A DNA stretch of 53,314 bases from Amphiscolops sp. MND2022 (lineage: Eukaryota). The first letter of the stretch is position 1; each line of letters begins with the position of its first letter. Location of the stretch: assembly GCA_964187785.1 (NCBI GenBank), contig OZ076418.1:54880687-54934000 (forward strand), given 5' to 3'. Of the stretch, positions 1-10,659 are shown piece after piece. The position numbers were made by a program, and so were the translations under genes. Below the pieces are notes generated by a model that saw only the letters and a list, made by a program, of their open reading frames with translations, was not told where the DNA came from and ran no database searches.

Positions 1-2049
1 AAAGGTAGATAGTTGCGGAAATTACCCAAAATCATTCGCACTTTTTCCAAGTGAAATATCATTACTTCTGAGCTGTTTCTCAGTGAACGTTGTTCAGTGG
101 CAGTTGTTATGATGGGTTTTGTCAAACATTTTCTTCTTCGAAGAAAATGCTACAGGTTTTAATCAATGGAGAAGAACCTTCGTTGGAGGCTTCTGTCATT
201 GAACACACAATTAAATAAAATGAACATTTCCGACCTTTCTTTCATTCTTAATCAAAACATCAGGACCAGAACTAAACCTTCATACTAAAAAGCAGGTGCT
301 CAGAGATCACATTGGTGTACAAGAGAATCTTACGATTAGGGACGAAAAACATGGCCAGAAGGCCCAAGAACGAGTCATTCTGTTCTCCTCCCAGAATGAG
401 TTTCTGAGCACAGCTTTTCGCCTCTGAAGATCCCTTTGGGTAGAGGGTCTATCCACCAAAAATCATTGATATATGTGACCACGTGTAAAAATGGGATAAT
501 CTCTTCCAACATCTCTAGTTGGAAACAGGTGTTTCCGAACTTTTCGAGAAGAGTGAAAAAATTTTTTTTACAGGATTCCTGTAAAGCGGCTCCACAGGGT
601 TTAGTTACGCTTCGTGACTTGGAGAAATAGAAAATATATGACTAGAGACACTAATTTATCGCTTCATTGCCAAAATTTTCCAAATTTAAACGCTTGTGGT
701 ACTGTGTTTTTCGTTATACACACAACTGAAAAGTCCTGTAACGAAGCACATCCTCACTATCAACACTATACAATGTTACGTCTGTTGGAAAAATTTGTCA
801 ACAACAAGGGTAGAGACATTTGATTCGCAGAGTTCCCAGAAACACGAGGGAAAGAAGACATTTTGGAAAGTCAACGAAAGTGGATCGTTGAAAGAAATTA
901 TTAGACGTTTTCACTTTCTAGCTCAGGGCAAGTCTGGTGCCAGCCGACACAGTAACAACAGCCTGAGCAAGCGTATGCTTTAGTGAGGTTACCTTCTCAC
1001 CAGTCCAAGGTTCGCCCCGAAGGGCTCATCCTGTTATTACTAGTCACTACCTCTCCGCGCTAGAAGAGGGTAATTCCGAGCCTGCTGCCTTCATTGGATG
1101 TGGTAACTGTTTCTGAAAGTGATGAACGTTCGGAATTCTTATAAGCTCCTCAGTTTGTCATATCGAGCAATTGTGAAGAAAAATTGAAAAAAAAGATGAA
1201 ACGAGAGACGAAGAATTGAAGAAAAACCCATGACAAAACTGTGAAATTCCCTTTTCACCTTCTCACTCTTCGCTCAGACGAAGCTCAAATGATTTGAAGT
1301 CACCCTACCGAAAAAATGAAAGCAGATTTGCCGATACAAAACCACTCATTGACAGCCAAGATGTAAAAATTATATAATCAAATTGAAACGGTATAGGAGA
1401 TCAAAGTTTTTGTCAGTAAAGAAAACATCTAGTTCATCCACGGTTACTGGCTTTATTCCACGTTTCCAAGCTACAAGAAACCCTTTTCGAACAACGCAAA
1501 ATGATAAAAATTCTGTTTTCACTCGAATTACTGCATCATTCCCATTTTGGTGTAATCGAGTCCTTCAAACACCTTTTCTTGGAAAAAGTTTCGATGGAAA
1601 AATCATTTCTCAAAAATTCGAATAACTTCTAGTCTTTCATTTCTCACATTTCTTCTAGTTTTTCTCACATCACTACAGAACCACGAAACAATCGGAAACG
1701 TTTTTTTCGTTATCTAATGAAGAGACTCATGTGTCACCAGAACCTTTACTATTTATGAGAGTTGGGGTCGGTGGTTCAAAGTGGACACGGGGCAGTGGCC
1801 AACCCCAGAACAAAAAACAATAAGATAAACCTGACACATTATTATTGACGTTTTTCCTTAGATGTCCTGGGGAGTTTTGATGTTCTAACCACATGTTTCT
1901 CTTGGTGCCATTGTATTTAAGAAAAGAGGACAAGTAGAAGTTCAATTTCAATACTTTGGAAACATTTTTCAAATTGATTTAGGAACAGTTCTTAATCTGT
2001 ATACCTTTTTCAGATCTGAGTGTTCTTAAATCTCATTTTGTTCAAAGAA

Positions 2050-2536
2050 ATGTCTCGCAGAAGCTTACCCAGAAAATCTGTTCGAGCTGAAGATTATCTT
2101 GAGAAAGACCCTGAAAACTGCTTCAATGTCAAGTTTATTGATGACAACGTTGGATACGGTCTGTTTGCAACAAAGGACTACGACATAGGAGACTTTCTCC
2201 TAATATACAGAGGAGAACGACGAAAAGGTACCCCTGAGAAGGATAATGGGTATATTTTTGATATCCCACATAAAAATGAATACATTGATGCCGGAAATGT
2301 TGAATCTGGGCTCGCTAGATTCATTAATGATGACTTCTGCAAACCCAACGCTCGCCCATATGAAATTGTTATCAATTCAAACTCCTACATCGGCCTGAAG
2401 GCGAAGCAAAAGATTACCGTCGGAGATGAAATTAGGTACGACTACTTGTGTGGGAGAGGTAATGCACAATCGTTCCCATGGCGCTCAACACAAGCGTCAG
2501 TGACGCCAATAAAAATCCGTGGAGGTGTCGATCAAG
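2050..2536 (+). CDS. Exon 1 of SET-ZnF-tyrosine recombinase gene: PR-Set7/KMT5A-like SET domain
   Basis: ATG at 2050 (MSRRSLPRK). SET motifs: GYGLFA, ARFINDDFCKPN (canonical RFINHxCxPN with H>D), EIRYDY, and a PR-Set7-like terminal FPWR. The 3' end is inferred: GT donors at 2525 or 2537 are both phase 1 and compatible with the AG at 2772-2773. Confidence 0.85.
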
Positions 2537-2773
2537 GTACTGGAATTTGCATTACAAAATTATTCCGAATAATCAAATAGGATTTCGTAACTAATCTAAT
2601 GAATCGGACATCTTCAATTCACTGTTCTCGTTGTACCAAATTGACAAATTTATGATAGAGCATTGTGGTCTCTAAATTGTTTCAAAAAACAATAAACCCA
2701 ACTGTTATTCCAGTTTTCAAAAAACTTTGAACAATTTAATTCAAAATATTCTGTTAATGCAAATAATGTCCAG

Positions 2774-3338
2774 GTGTAAACTGCGACCTTGACGTGTTCT
2801 ACTGGGGAGTTCATCTCGGGGGAAATGTCAAACACGTTTCGTCTGTGGGTCTCAACAAAAAGGAAGTGATGACTCAAGTGCGGGCCATCGATGCAAATTC
2901 GAAGTGTGTTCAAGTTGGTGAATCTTTACCAACATCGTTCAAACTTGGTTCTCAACTTAAATTCGAGAACGCAGCTTCTACTCAAAGAGATGTCTCTGTG
3001 CAGACGTTTGTTCTAGAAACGAGTTGTAAAAAAGTGCAGTGTGATCTGCAGGAAATGACAGGAGCGTCCAGCAGTTTGACCGTCGAATTTCAAGTGGAGA
3101 ATTCAGAAAATGAAAAGAGAGACGTTTTGCTGTCAGTTAACATAACACAGGAAGAAGAGAAGCCGACAAGTGAAGTTACAACTGAATCCGTATCTGAAGA
3201 GTACTGCTGCACCTGTCACTACTGCGGGGAAAATTTGCAACAGGAAGTTGATGTTGTCAAACATTACCTCCGTCAGCAGTGTACCAAACGATTCCAATTT
3301 CTTGATGTAAGAGACATAAATGCCACCATTTGTCTCAG
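2774..3338 (+). CDS. Exon 2 of SET-ZnF-YR gene: low-complexity linker, CxxC-H-C finger, first half of a C2H2 finger
   Basis: Acceptor ccag at 2770-2773 follows an in-frame TAA at 2764. The open frame contains CTCHYCGENLQQEVDVVKHYLRQQC and ends ATICL-ag|gtaaaa (GT at 3339). Confidence 0.75.
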
Positions 3339-3686
3339 GTAAAAAACCTTCCTCGAATTTTTTCAATTGAGTTTATCCCCTTTTTCAAACTGTGTTTTTT
3401 CAAGATCGCCTCGATTATGATACCTTCATGCGAAACTCTTTCATGTGATACTTATGATATAACAATGATGTTAGCTACATGTTTATCACCTTTTTCTGAC
3501 TTCTGAAAAAAACCTATATTAACAATTAGATCATCGAGTTTTTTTTAAAAAAGCGTTTTTTGTTGAAAGTCAGAAGAAGGTGACAATAATAGAACAAACT
3601 GCAATGAAATTCTGTGTTACAAAAGTATCATTCGGGAAACTTTTTCAGTATATATATAAATGTATGTTATACGTATAAGAATAATA

Positions 3687-3835
3687 CAGTCAACTCCGGT
3701 TAATTCGTATCCGGATAATTCGGATCTTCGTTTAATTCGTACGACCAAAGTAATATCATCGTGTTAATTCGTATTTTTCGTTATTCGTAGTATTTTATTC
3801 GGTCCCTAGCGATACGAATTAGGCGGATTCGACTG
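3687..3835. mobile_element. Tc1/mariner-pogo-type MITE in intron 2
   Basis: TA|CAGTCAACTCCGGTTAATTCGTATC ... GATACGAATTAGGCGGATTCGACTG|TA: ~25-bp imperfect TIRs, TA TSD, internal TTAATTCGTA repeats. Confidence 0.85.
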
Positions 3836-4044
3836 TAATATAATATTATTATATGCATTTGAAATATATATCCATTAATTATAACTTGTTTCTGAAATCT
3901 TACCAAGAAATGCTCTCATTGAAAAACAAATAACATAATCGTGGAAAAACTAAAAATGAATGTGAGTTTGTAATTTCCTGCAAGAAGTCATTAGGTTTGT
4001 CAAGGTTAGAAGTTTCACCTTTTAAAACGATCTGTTCTTTTCAG

Positions 4045-6311
4045 ATGCAGAACAATTTTTCTCGACAGCGAGAAAACACATATCCGGCGACATTTGAAGG
4101 ATATCCATTCAGAGCAACCCAGATTAGAAACAGGGGACAACCGGGGCAATTATCAAAGTGTGGGCTTTGATGACAACGTTGTAAAAGCTGTCGTAAGGAA
4201 CCTGGCACGAAAAGACTCTTCAGATAGAAACGAACTTGACGAGCACAAGAATAGAGAAGCATCAACCGTTCGCAAAGCCCCTTACTCTGTGCGCTGCCAT
4301 TTTTGTAAGACAGAACTAAAAACGCACATGTGTCTTCCAAAGCATCTCAAAAGAATTCATAACTACTCAAGCAAAGCCGCCCTAAATGCTGTAGTCAAAA
4401 TGCATTATTTTGAAGCGAAGAACCGAGGTACGAGGAAATGCATGTACATCTGTAGTAAAGAAGGATGTCTTGCTGTGTTCCATAGGCGCGACAAACATTC
4501 AATCTCGGGACATAAGACTTACATTAAACCTATCTCCAAAGTGAAAGATTTACCCGAAAGTGTCCTCTTCTTCGGAGAGCCGGACAATACAGAGCTTTCG
4601 AAATTGGAATTGCAAGTTAGATCATTTTCGGCGGAACTTGATTTTTTGAGAATCATCAATCAATGGCGCGAAGAGAAACATGCTGATTTTGACAACGGAA
4701 AAGGAGCTCGAAGATACGCCGATGAACGAATATCAAACTTGCTCAAAAAAAATCAAACTTTTTGTTGTTGTCACAGAAGGTTTTTCAAGTGCTCAGAGTG
4801 TCAGCGTCTACTTTGCAAAACTTAAAGTAGAACAGAATGTAAAGGCAGGACAGACGAAAAGCCAGATTTGTCGGGAATTAAAAGATTTCGTCGAATTCTG
4901 TCGTTTAGCCTCCGATCCCCATTCCAAAACTTTCGCCCTAAAATGTGATCAAGTCGAGAGATCACTTAATCGATACCAGTCTTCGGTCAGTGCCGAATTG
5001 CCTTTCAGAAAGGCCACAGCAAAGGAAGTCGGATCGAGACAAGTGGCTTCTAAGGAAACTGTTCTCGAAGTTTACCAAAAAGTGACCGAATATCTATATG
5101 AACTTTTGGATGCGTTTGAAAACGAAACCTACACGAATAAAGAAAGGCAGTATAAGCATCTTCAATGTTGCCTCATTTTTATTCTTGTGTGCCGCAACGT
5201 GTGCCGAATTTCTACTGCGCTATACATCCGCAAAGAATATCTGCAAAATATCCGTCATGTCAAAGGTAACTTATTTGTATTTAAACTTATTGATGAACAT
5301 CAGTTAAAGAAACTGAATGCCATAAAGAAGACTGGAATCCGGAGCATCATCGATGAAGTCACAAACGATTTCAGAAACACAAACAAGAACTTTAAAAGCG
5401 AAGGAGTTCGCCGTGTGGCTCTATCAGAGAAAGAATTATTCTGCTTTATTCGATATTTGAGGATAAAGTGCACTTTGCGTGTTGCTGAGCAGAGCCTGTT
5501 GTTTTTACAGTTAGATCAAAAAGAAGGCGAACCCATTCGGAGAAATGTAATGGGAAAGTGGAATCGTTACCTCGAATGCCATTTAAAACTACCTGTACCA
5601 ATTAACACCAATCGTTGGAGGAAAACGTTCTGTACTATTTTCGCTGAAAACTTAGAAGATGTCCAGATGGAACGATCTCTCGATCGACACATTGGCCATT
5701 CTCGCAACGTAGCGAGAACTCACTACGAAATGATACAGAAGGAGTACGATGCTTGCACCACCTCTAATGCAGTTGACACGGTCATTACAATTAAACAAAA
5801 TGATCTCGATATAGAGTTTGCAGTTACAATTAAAAATTCTTTGAATGAAATTTTCGAAGCCGATTCAGCCAGCAAGGACCAAGAGATGAGAGATGAATCT
5901 GATGTCAGCGAGGATGATGAATGTGCTGATGATGACGATGTCGATGATGACGAGTCAGATGAAAGTTACAATGAGGACCCTGCTTCCAAGAAGAGGCGCG
6001 TCATCAAACAGAAGTCGAAATCTAAAGTCTGTCTTCCTTTCGGCAGTGAGAAGAAATTTGAAGACGGTGTCCCTTCCGAAACCTTAGTAGAGCAATTCTT
6101 AAGGTCACGTCCTCAACGACATGAATACAGCACAGCGGTATACTCCATTGTTGCTTCGGAGTTTGTCCGACGAGAAACAGGAAAAGAAAAACGCACCTTC
6201 GTGGAACTAACCAAAGACGTAAAAAAAGTACAAAACCTGAAATACTCCACAGTACAGTTTTTGATGAAAGTTCTGTATGAATGGAAGGATTGTGGATATA
6301 AAATGTTCTGA
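4045..6311 (+). CDS. Exon 3 of SET-ZnF-YR gene: C2H2 fingers, tyrosine recombinase domain, acidic tract, C-terminal domain; one +1 frameshift at the A8 run 4745-4752
   Basis: Acceptor ctgttcttttcag at 4032-4044. Fingers (CLR)CRTIFLDSEKTHIRRHLKDIH, CHFCKTELKTHMCLPKHLKRIH, CSKEGCLAVFHRRDKHSISGH. YR motifs RNVCRIS, KNFKSEG, TNRWRK, RHIGHSRNVARTHY. ORFs 4094-4825 and 4680-6311 join (ISNLLKK-IKLFVVV) if one A is removed. Confidence 0.85.
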
Positions 6312-7537
6312 TTACTTTGACGTTTCGAGCTACCACCCTTTGTATGAATGGAACTCATCAAATGATATTTTGATGATGATGATAAATATACCCCTCATGA
6401 CCTAATTTGTGGTTCTTAACCATCTTCTAAGTGTTTATTCAACATGACTGAAACGCCTTTAAATTGACAATGACAAACCTCTATTCGAGTTCAAAGTGGA
6501 ATTACAAAAGAATATGTTTTGATTTTGGGTCATTGATTTCACGTTTTGGAATTTTAACTCCGCTGACAATCAAAATCTTCATCTCATACATGGCTGGAAC
6601 CAAAAATTAGGGGGTTGGGTTTGGCTTGCTCATCGAGTTGATGCTTTGGATTTTAAGTCATTTGATTTCCTGTACATGTTTTGGAAGTCATGTTTTGGGG
6701 TATTGAACGATTCTGTGTTTTCCTTACAGTTATTAAAATTCCTCTACAAGTTTTTCTTTTGACGGATCCTGTGATGTCGTTTCGTGAAAAACAATCTCGT
6801 ACATGCTTCAGAGCACATGTTTTTCGGGCTACAATTATTAGATTTGGTAAGAATGTTTATGATTTTCTTCAATTAAATTTCCTGTCATTGGCTTCTCTTT
6901 TTTGTTTATTGAATGACGATGATGTTTTTTGTATTCATTTGGCCTCATTGATCCGTAATTAGTTCACAAGTTTTACATGTTTATAGTTTACTTGTTTTGG
7001 TGATAACATTGTTTGACGATTGTTTTGATCAGTGCACGTTGGCAGATGAGTGACTTGTTTTTAGTGTTGTGTACTTTTATTTCTTCCTCCAATCTTCGAA
7101 TTACTGAATCGAAACTGTTTTGAGAGTTCTCGAAACTGTTTGAATAGTTATTGAATCAAATCTTTTGAGAGTTTTTTTTCTTTTTGACACAGTTGCGATA
7201 TCAATGTAGAGTAGCAAGAAATCTATAGAAAGAAATCATTAGCTCCCAGGAAGGTTCAAGAACTTGGTAATCAATAAAACTTTCTGTGAAATTCATGAAC
7301 AAAATTCATAAAGTCTCTGGTGTCAATTCTGCATCCTTGAATTCTGCATTCTTGAATTTTCCACCTCCTCAAAAGTGCCTAAAACAAACATTTAATGTTA
7401 TTCAAGTGTACGTCTATTCAATAAAACTGTACCAAGTATTCGAACCCTTATCGTTGCAAAACATGAAAGCTATACTGATGAAAATAAAGATGATGCGAAT
7501 TGGTGTAAGATTCCGTCTCCAATATTTGGCCTAGTTA

Positions 7538-7708
7538 GTCTGAAAAGGGTTAAATCACCTTTTTCAAACTCCTAGTGACTCCTTTTTCAGAAATTGCAGA
7601 AGTCTGAAAAAGGGTTTTTACAGAGCTGGTCTGAAAACGGTAATCTGATCTAGGTCCTAAGCGTTTGTTGGCCATGGTCTGAAAAAGGGTAGTCACTCCG
7701 CCTTTTTC
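7538..7708. repeat. Cluster of GTCTGAAAAAGGG / CCTTTTTCAGA motifs in both orientations
   Basis: Forward copies at 7538, 7602, 7629, 7677; reverse copies at about 7558, 7581, 7701. An inverted AGTGACT/AGTCACT pair is also present. The cluster ends at the N gap. Confidence 0.75.
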
Positions 7709-8699
7709 NNNNNNNNNNNNNNNNNNNNNNNNNNNNNNNNNNNNNNNNNNNNNNNNNNNNNNNNNNNNNNNNNNNNNNNNNNNNNNNNNNNNNNNNNNNN
7801 NNNNNNNNNNNNNNNNNNNNNNNNNNNNNNNNNNNNNNNNNNNNNNNNNNNNNNNNNNNNNNNNNNNNNNNNNNNNNNNNNNNNNNNNNNNNNNNNNNNN
7901 NNNNNNNNNNNNNNNNNNNNNNNNNNNNNNNNNNNNNNNNNNNNNNNNNNNNNNNNNNNNNNNNNNNNNNNNNNNNNNNNNNNNNNNNNNNNNNNNNNNN
8001 NNNNNNNNNNNNNNNNNNNNNNNNNNNNNNNNNNNNNNNNNNNNNNNNNNNNNNNNNNNNNNNNNNNNNNNNNNNNNNNNNNNNNNNNNNNNNNNNNNNN
8101 NNNNNNNNNNNNNNNNNNNNNNNNNNNNNNNNNNNNNNNNNNNNNNNNNNNNNNNNNNNNNNNNNNNNNNNNNNNNNNNNNNNNNNNNNNNNNNNNNNNN
8201 NNNNNNNNNNNNNNNNNNNNNNNNNNNNNNNNNNNNNNNNNNNNNNNNNNNNNNNNNNNNNNNNNNNNNNNNNNNNNNNNNNNNNNNNNNNNNNNNNNNN
8301 NNNNNNNNNNNNNNNNNNNNNNNNNNNNNNNNNNNNNNNNNNNNNNNNNNNNNNNNNNNNNNNNNNNNNNNNNNNNNNNNNNNNNNNNNNNNNNNNNNNN
8401 NNNNNNNNNNNNNNNNNNNNNNNNNNNNNNNNNNNNNNNNNNNNNNNNNNNNNNNNNNNNNNNNNNNNNNNNNNNNNNNNNNNNNNNNNNNNNNNNNNNN
8501 NNNNNNNNNNNNNNNNNNNNNNNNNNNNNNNNNNNNNNNNNNNNNNNNNNNNNNNNNNNNNNNNNNNNNNNNNNNNNNNNNNNNNNNNNNNNNNNNNNNN
8601 NNNNNNNNNNNNNNNNNNNNNNNNNNNNNNNNNNNNNNNNNNNNNNNNNNNNNNNNNNNNNNNNNNNNNNNNNNNNNNNNNNNNNNNNNNNNNNNNNNN
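7709..8699. other. Assembly gap
   Basis: Run of N. ORFs 7650-8906 and 7693-8706 are artefacts of it. Confidence 1.
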
Positions 8700-9168
8700 A
8701 AGACAAGTCAACATAAAAAAAATGTGACGATTGTTAAAATTTTTTTCTGCATTTTGCCTAACTGTGCCTATTATGTACACAAAATGTTTATGCAGAACGC
8801 TTTTTTGTTTTATTGCTATGTATATCTTCCACATAACGGTACAATTTGTCATTTCTGGGAAGAAGAGTAGACACAATACACACAATTTCCATCCAGTTTT
8901 CAACAAAATAATCCAGCATGTCTTGTGGCGAATTCCACCTCGTTTCCACTCCTCAATTTGCTCTTTTATTAAGGAAACTTTTCCTCACCATTGAAGGAAA
9001 AAATATTTTAAAAAATTAAATGTTTTTTTAAAAGTTTGTGTTTTTTTTTCGTTCTGTTTTATTTTTGAATAAAACAACATAACAACCTTGAAATTTACAG
9101 ATTGATTGAGACACCACTTCGAACGCGAAGCTTTGCGCCGTGTGTCAAAATTTCAGGTTCAGACTGAC

Positions 9169-9379
9169 CTTGGATTAAATAGGACACAGTTTCGAAGCCC
9201 CGATGGGGATGATCTGGAAACCCAGCCGGCCATTCTCCTTTAAACTCGTCAAGAAGGAGAAAAGGGTCGAGACGGCGTACACTCTGAGTCCCGATAGTCC
9301 TCCTGACTCGAGCTCCCACGCCTTCAGACTGTTCTCGACCGACAACAATTTGATCAACAAGCTTCACTTCAGAAGACAT
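9169..9379 (-). CDS. PIR: Pirin, exon 1 (N-terminal cupin half)
   Basis: REQSEGVGARVRRTIG...LDPFLLLDEF...GFPDHPHRGFETVSY is the pirin N-terminal signature. Donor CAAG|GTCAGT at 9169/9168; similarity stops at that point. Confidence 0.9.
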
Positions 9380-9423
9380 ACTTACTGGTGATCAACCATT
9401 GATAGTCTGAAAACATCGCATGA

Positions 9424-9433
9424 TTTTTATATA
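9424..9433 (-). promoter_or_regulatory. Candidate TATA box of pirin
   Basis: TATATAAAAA on the minus strand, about 45-55 nt upstream of the pirin ATG. Confidence 0.45.
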
Positions 9434-9469
9434 AAGCCAATATGCCAGAAAAAGGGAGAAAACACTATT

Positions 9470-9567
9470 TTTGTATCAGTTCGGTGCAGTCCACGGATTC
9501 TCAGCATCGAAGGCAAGTCGAGAGATCCCAACGCCAGCTTTTATGAGTGAGTTAAGATTGACATGGC
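9470..9567 (-). mobile_element. Fragment of a REL-endonuclease non-LTR retrotransposon (resumes at about 10191-10215 after the MITE)
   Basis: Reconstructed reading FSRHVNLNSLIK-LGSLDLPSML-RGLHRTD, homologous to 12640-12740. Confidence 0.6.
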
Positions 9568-10190
9568 TAGGGGTGTGCCGGATCGCAAATTTTTGTTCCA
9601 GCCGGAACCGGATAAAAATTTTTGTTCCGGCCGGATAATTGCCGGAATTTTTCTATTGTTTACTTCTGATAAAACATATGGAGACAACATTTCTGAGAAA
9701 TATCAAAGTAATTTCAGCCTGTACTTAAGTTATGCGTTTCTCAGAAATACTAATGACATTACAGTAGTGGGCTTTTATAACGACCCCGAGGGGCAGTTAA
9801 TTTTAATGTCGGTATAAAAACCGTCGTTATAAAGATTGTCGTTGCAAGCGTTTGTTATATGACAGGAATTTGGAAAATAGTCGTTATAAACGCTCGTCGT
9901 TATAAAGCACTCCGTTATATACACCCCCTACTGTATAACGAGTTTATTTCCTTCAGATAATTTGAAAATGGAAACATTTATGAAAAAACAAGTCGTTTGC
10001 CGAAAAACTTTTTTTGCATCATAATTTGAAAAAAGTGTGTGTGAATTGAAGTGTTTCGCCATATGTTTTTGAAGGATCTTCAGTTTTCATTTTTTGAACG
10101 CGCCGGAATATCCGGTATAGTGTTTAAAGTTCCGATCGGAACCGGATATCTTTGATAAACCGGCCGGACATAATATCCGGCACACTCCTA
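9568..10190. mobile_element. Non-autonomous hAT-type element (MITE)
   Basis: TIRs TAGGGGTGTGCCGGAT / ATCCGGCACACTCCTA. 8-bp TSD GACATGGC (9560-9567) / GACATGAC (10191-10198). CCGGA-rich subterminal repeats. Confidence 0.85.
9762..9933. mobile_element. Tc1/mariner-type MITE nested in the hAT MITE
   Basis: TA|CAGTAGTGGGCTTTTATAACG ... CGTTATATACACCCCCTACTG|TA, with internal CGTTATA repeats. Confidence 0.85.
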
Positions 10191-10659
10191 GACATGACGT
10201 GAAAAAACGTTTTGCAGTTCAGATAAAATTGCTGGTTGTCGCTTTTAGGTGACATGACCCGAAAAAAGCTCGCATTTCGAGTGCTTGATTTTGAGCAGAA
10301 GCTTTTTTCTGTTTCGAAACACTGTTTTTCCGTCTTTCATTTAACACTGTTTTGTAATCTTCACTGTTTTCGCCGGGTATTAGCTGTGTTGACGCTAATG
10401 TTGAGGTCAAAAATTGCTGAGGCTTTAGCCAATTGCTTTTGAAAAGATGAAAAGTCAGCTTCAATGATGAACAAACAACAATGAAATGATGAAACTTTTC
10501 CTCTCTCGGATGACGTCGATCTTTGCGTTTGATCTTGTGCCAAGTGAGTCATCTTGTTAGATAAAGATGGCACCCAACCGTGGTCTACACAAACGGAAAC
10601 ACCGAGAGCAAAGAGAAAGAAAACTTCCGGGTTTGCACAATGCGCTTTGATTGGCGAGA

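Larger units (their letters stand above)
2011..7708 (+). mobile_element. Candidate Crypton-like (YR) DNA element carrying the SET-ZnF-YR gene; boundaries not established
   Basis: Intron-containing YR gene with no RT, plus a motif cluster at 7538-7708 abutting the gap. No terminal repeat pair or TSD was identified, so both coordinates are provisional. Confidence 0.4.

Noticed and set aside
1-1000. Possible decayed LINE or MULE fragment
   Set aside because: Only vague resemblance in broken frames; no diagnostic motif.
2491-2501. GTCAGT at 2496 as the exon 1 donor
   Set aside because: It is phase 2 and would hit a stop when joined to the AG at 2773, unless another acceptor is used.
4741-4776. 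Intron or programmed -1 frameshift joining the two YR ORFs
   Set aside because: TTGTCACAG resembles an acceptor but there is no nearby compatible donor. The needed shift is +1, and a homopolymer indel is simpler.
6400-7500. Decayed minus-strand coding-like sequence behind the YR gene
   Set aside because: Many stops and no recognisable motif; cannot be called a second gene of the element.
7650-8906. Long ORFs across the gaps (also 31428-31798)
   Set aside because: Artefacts of translating N runs.
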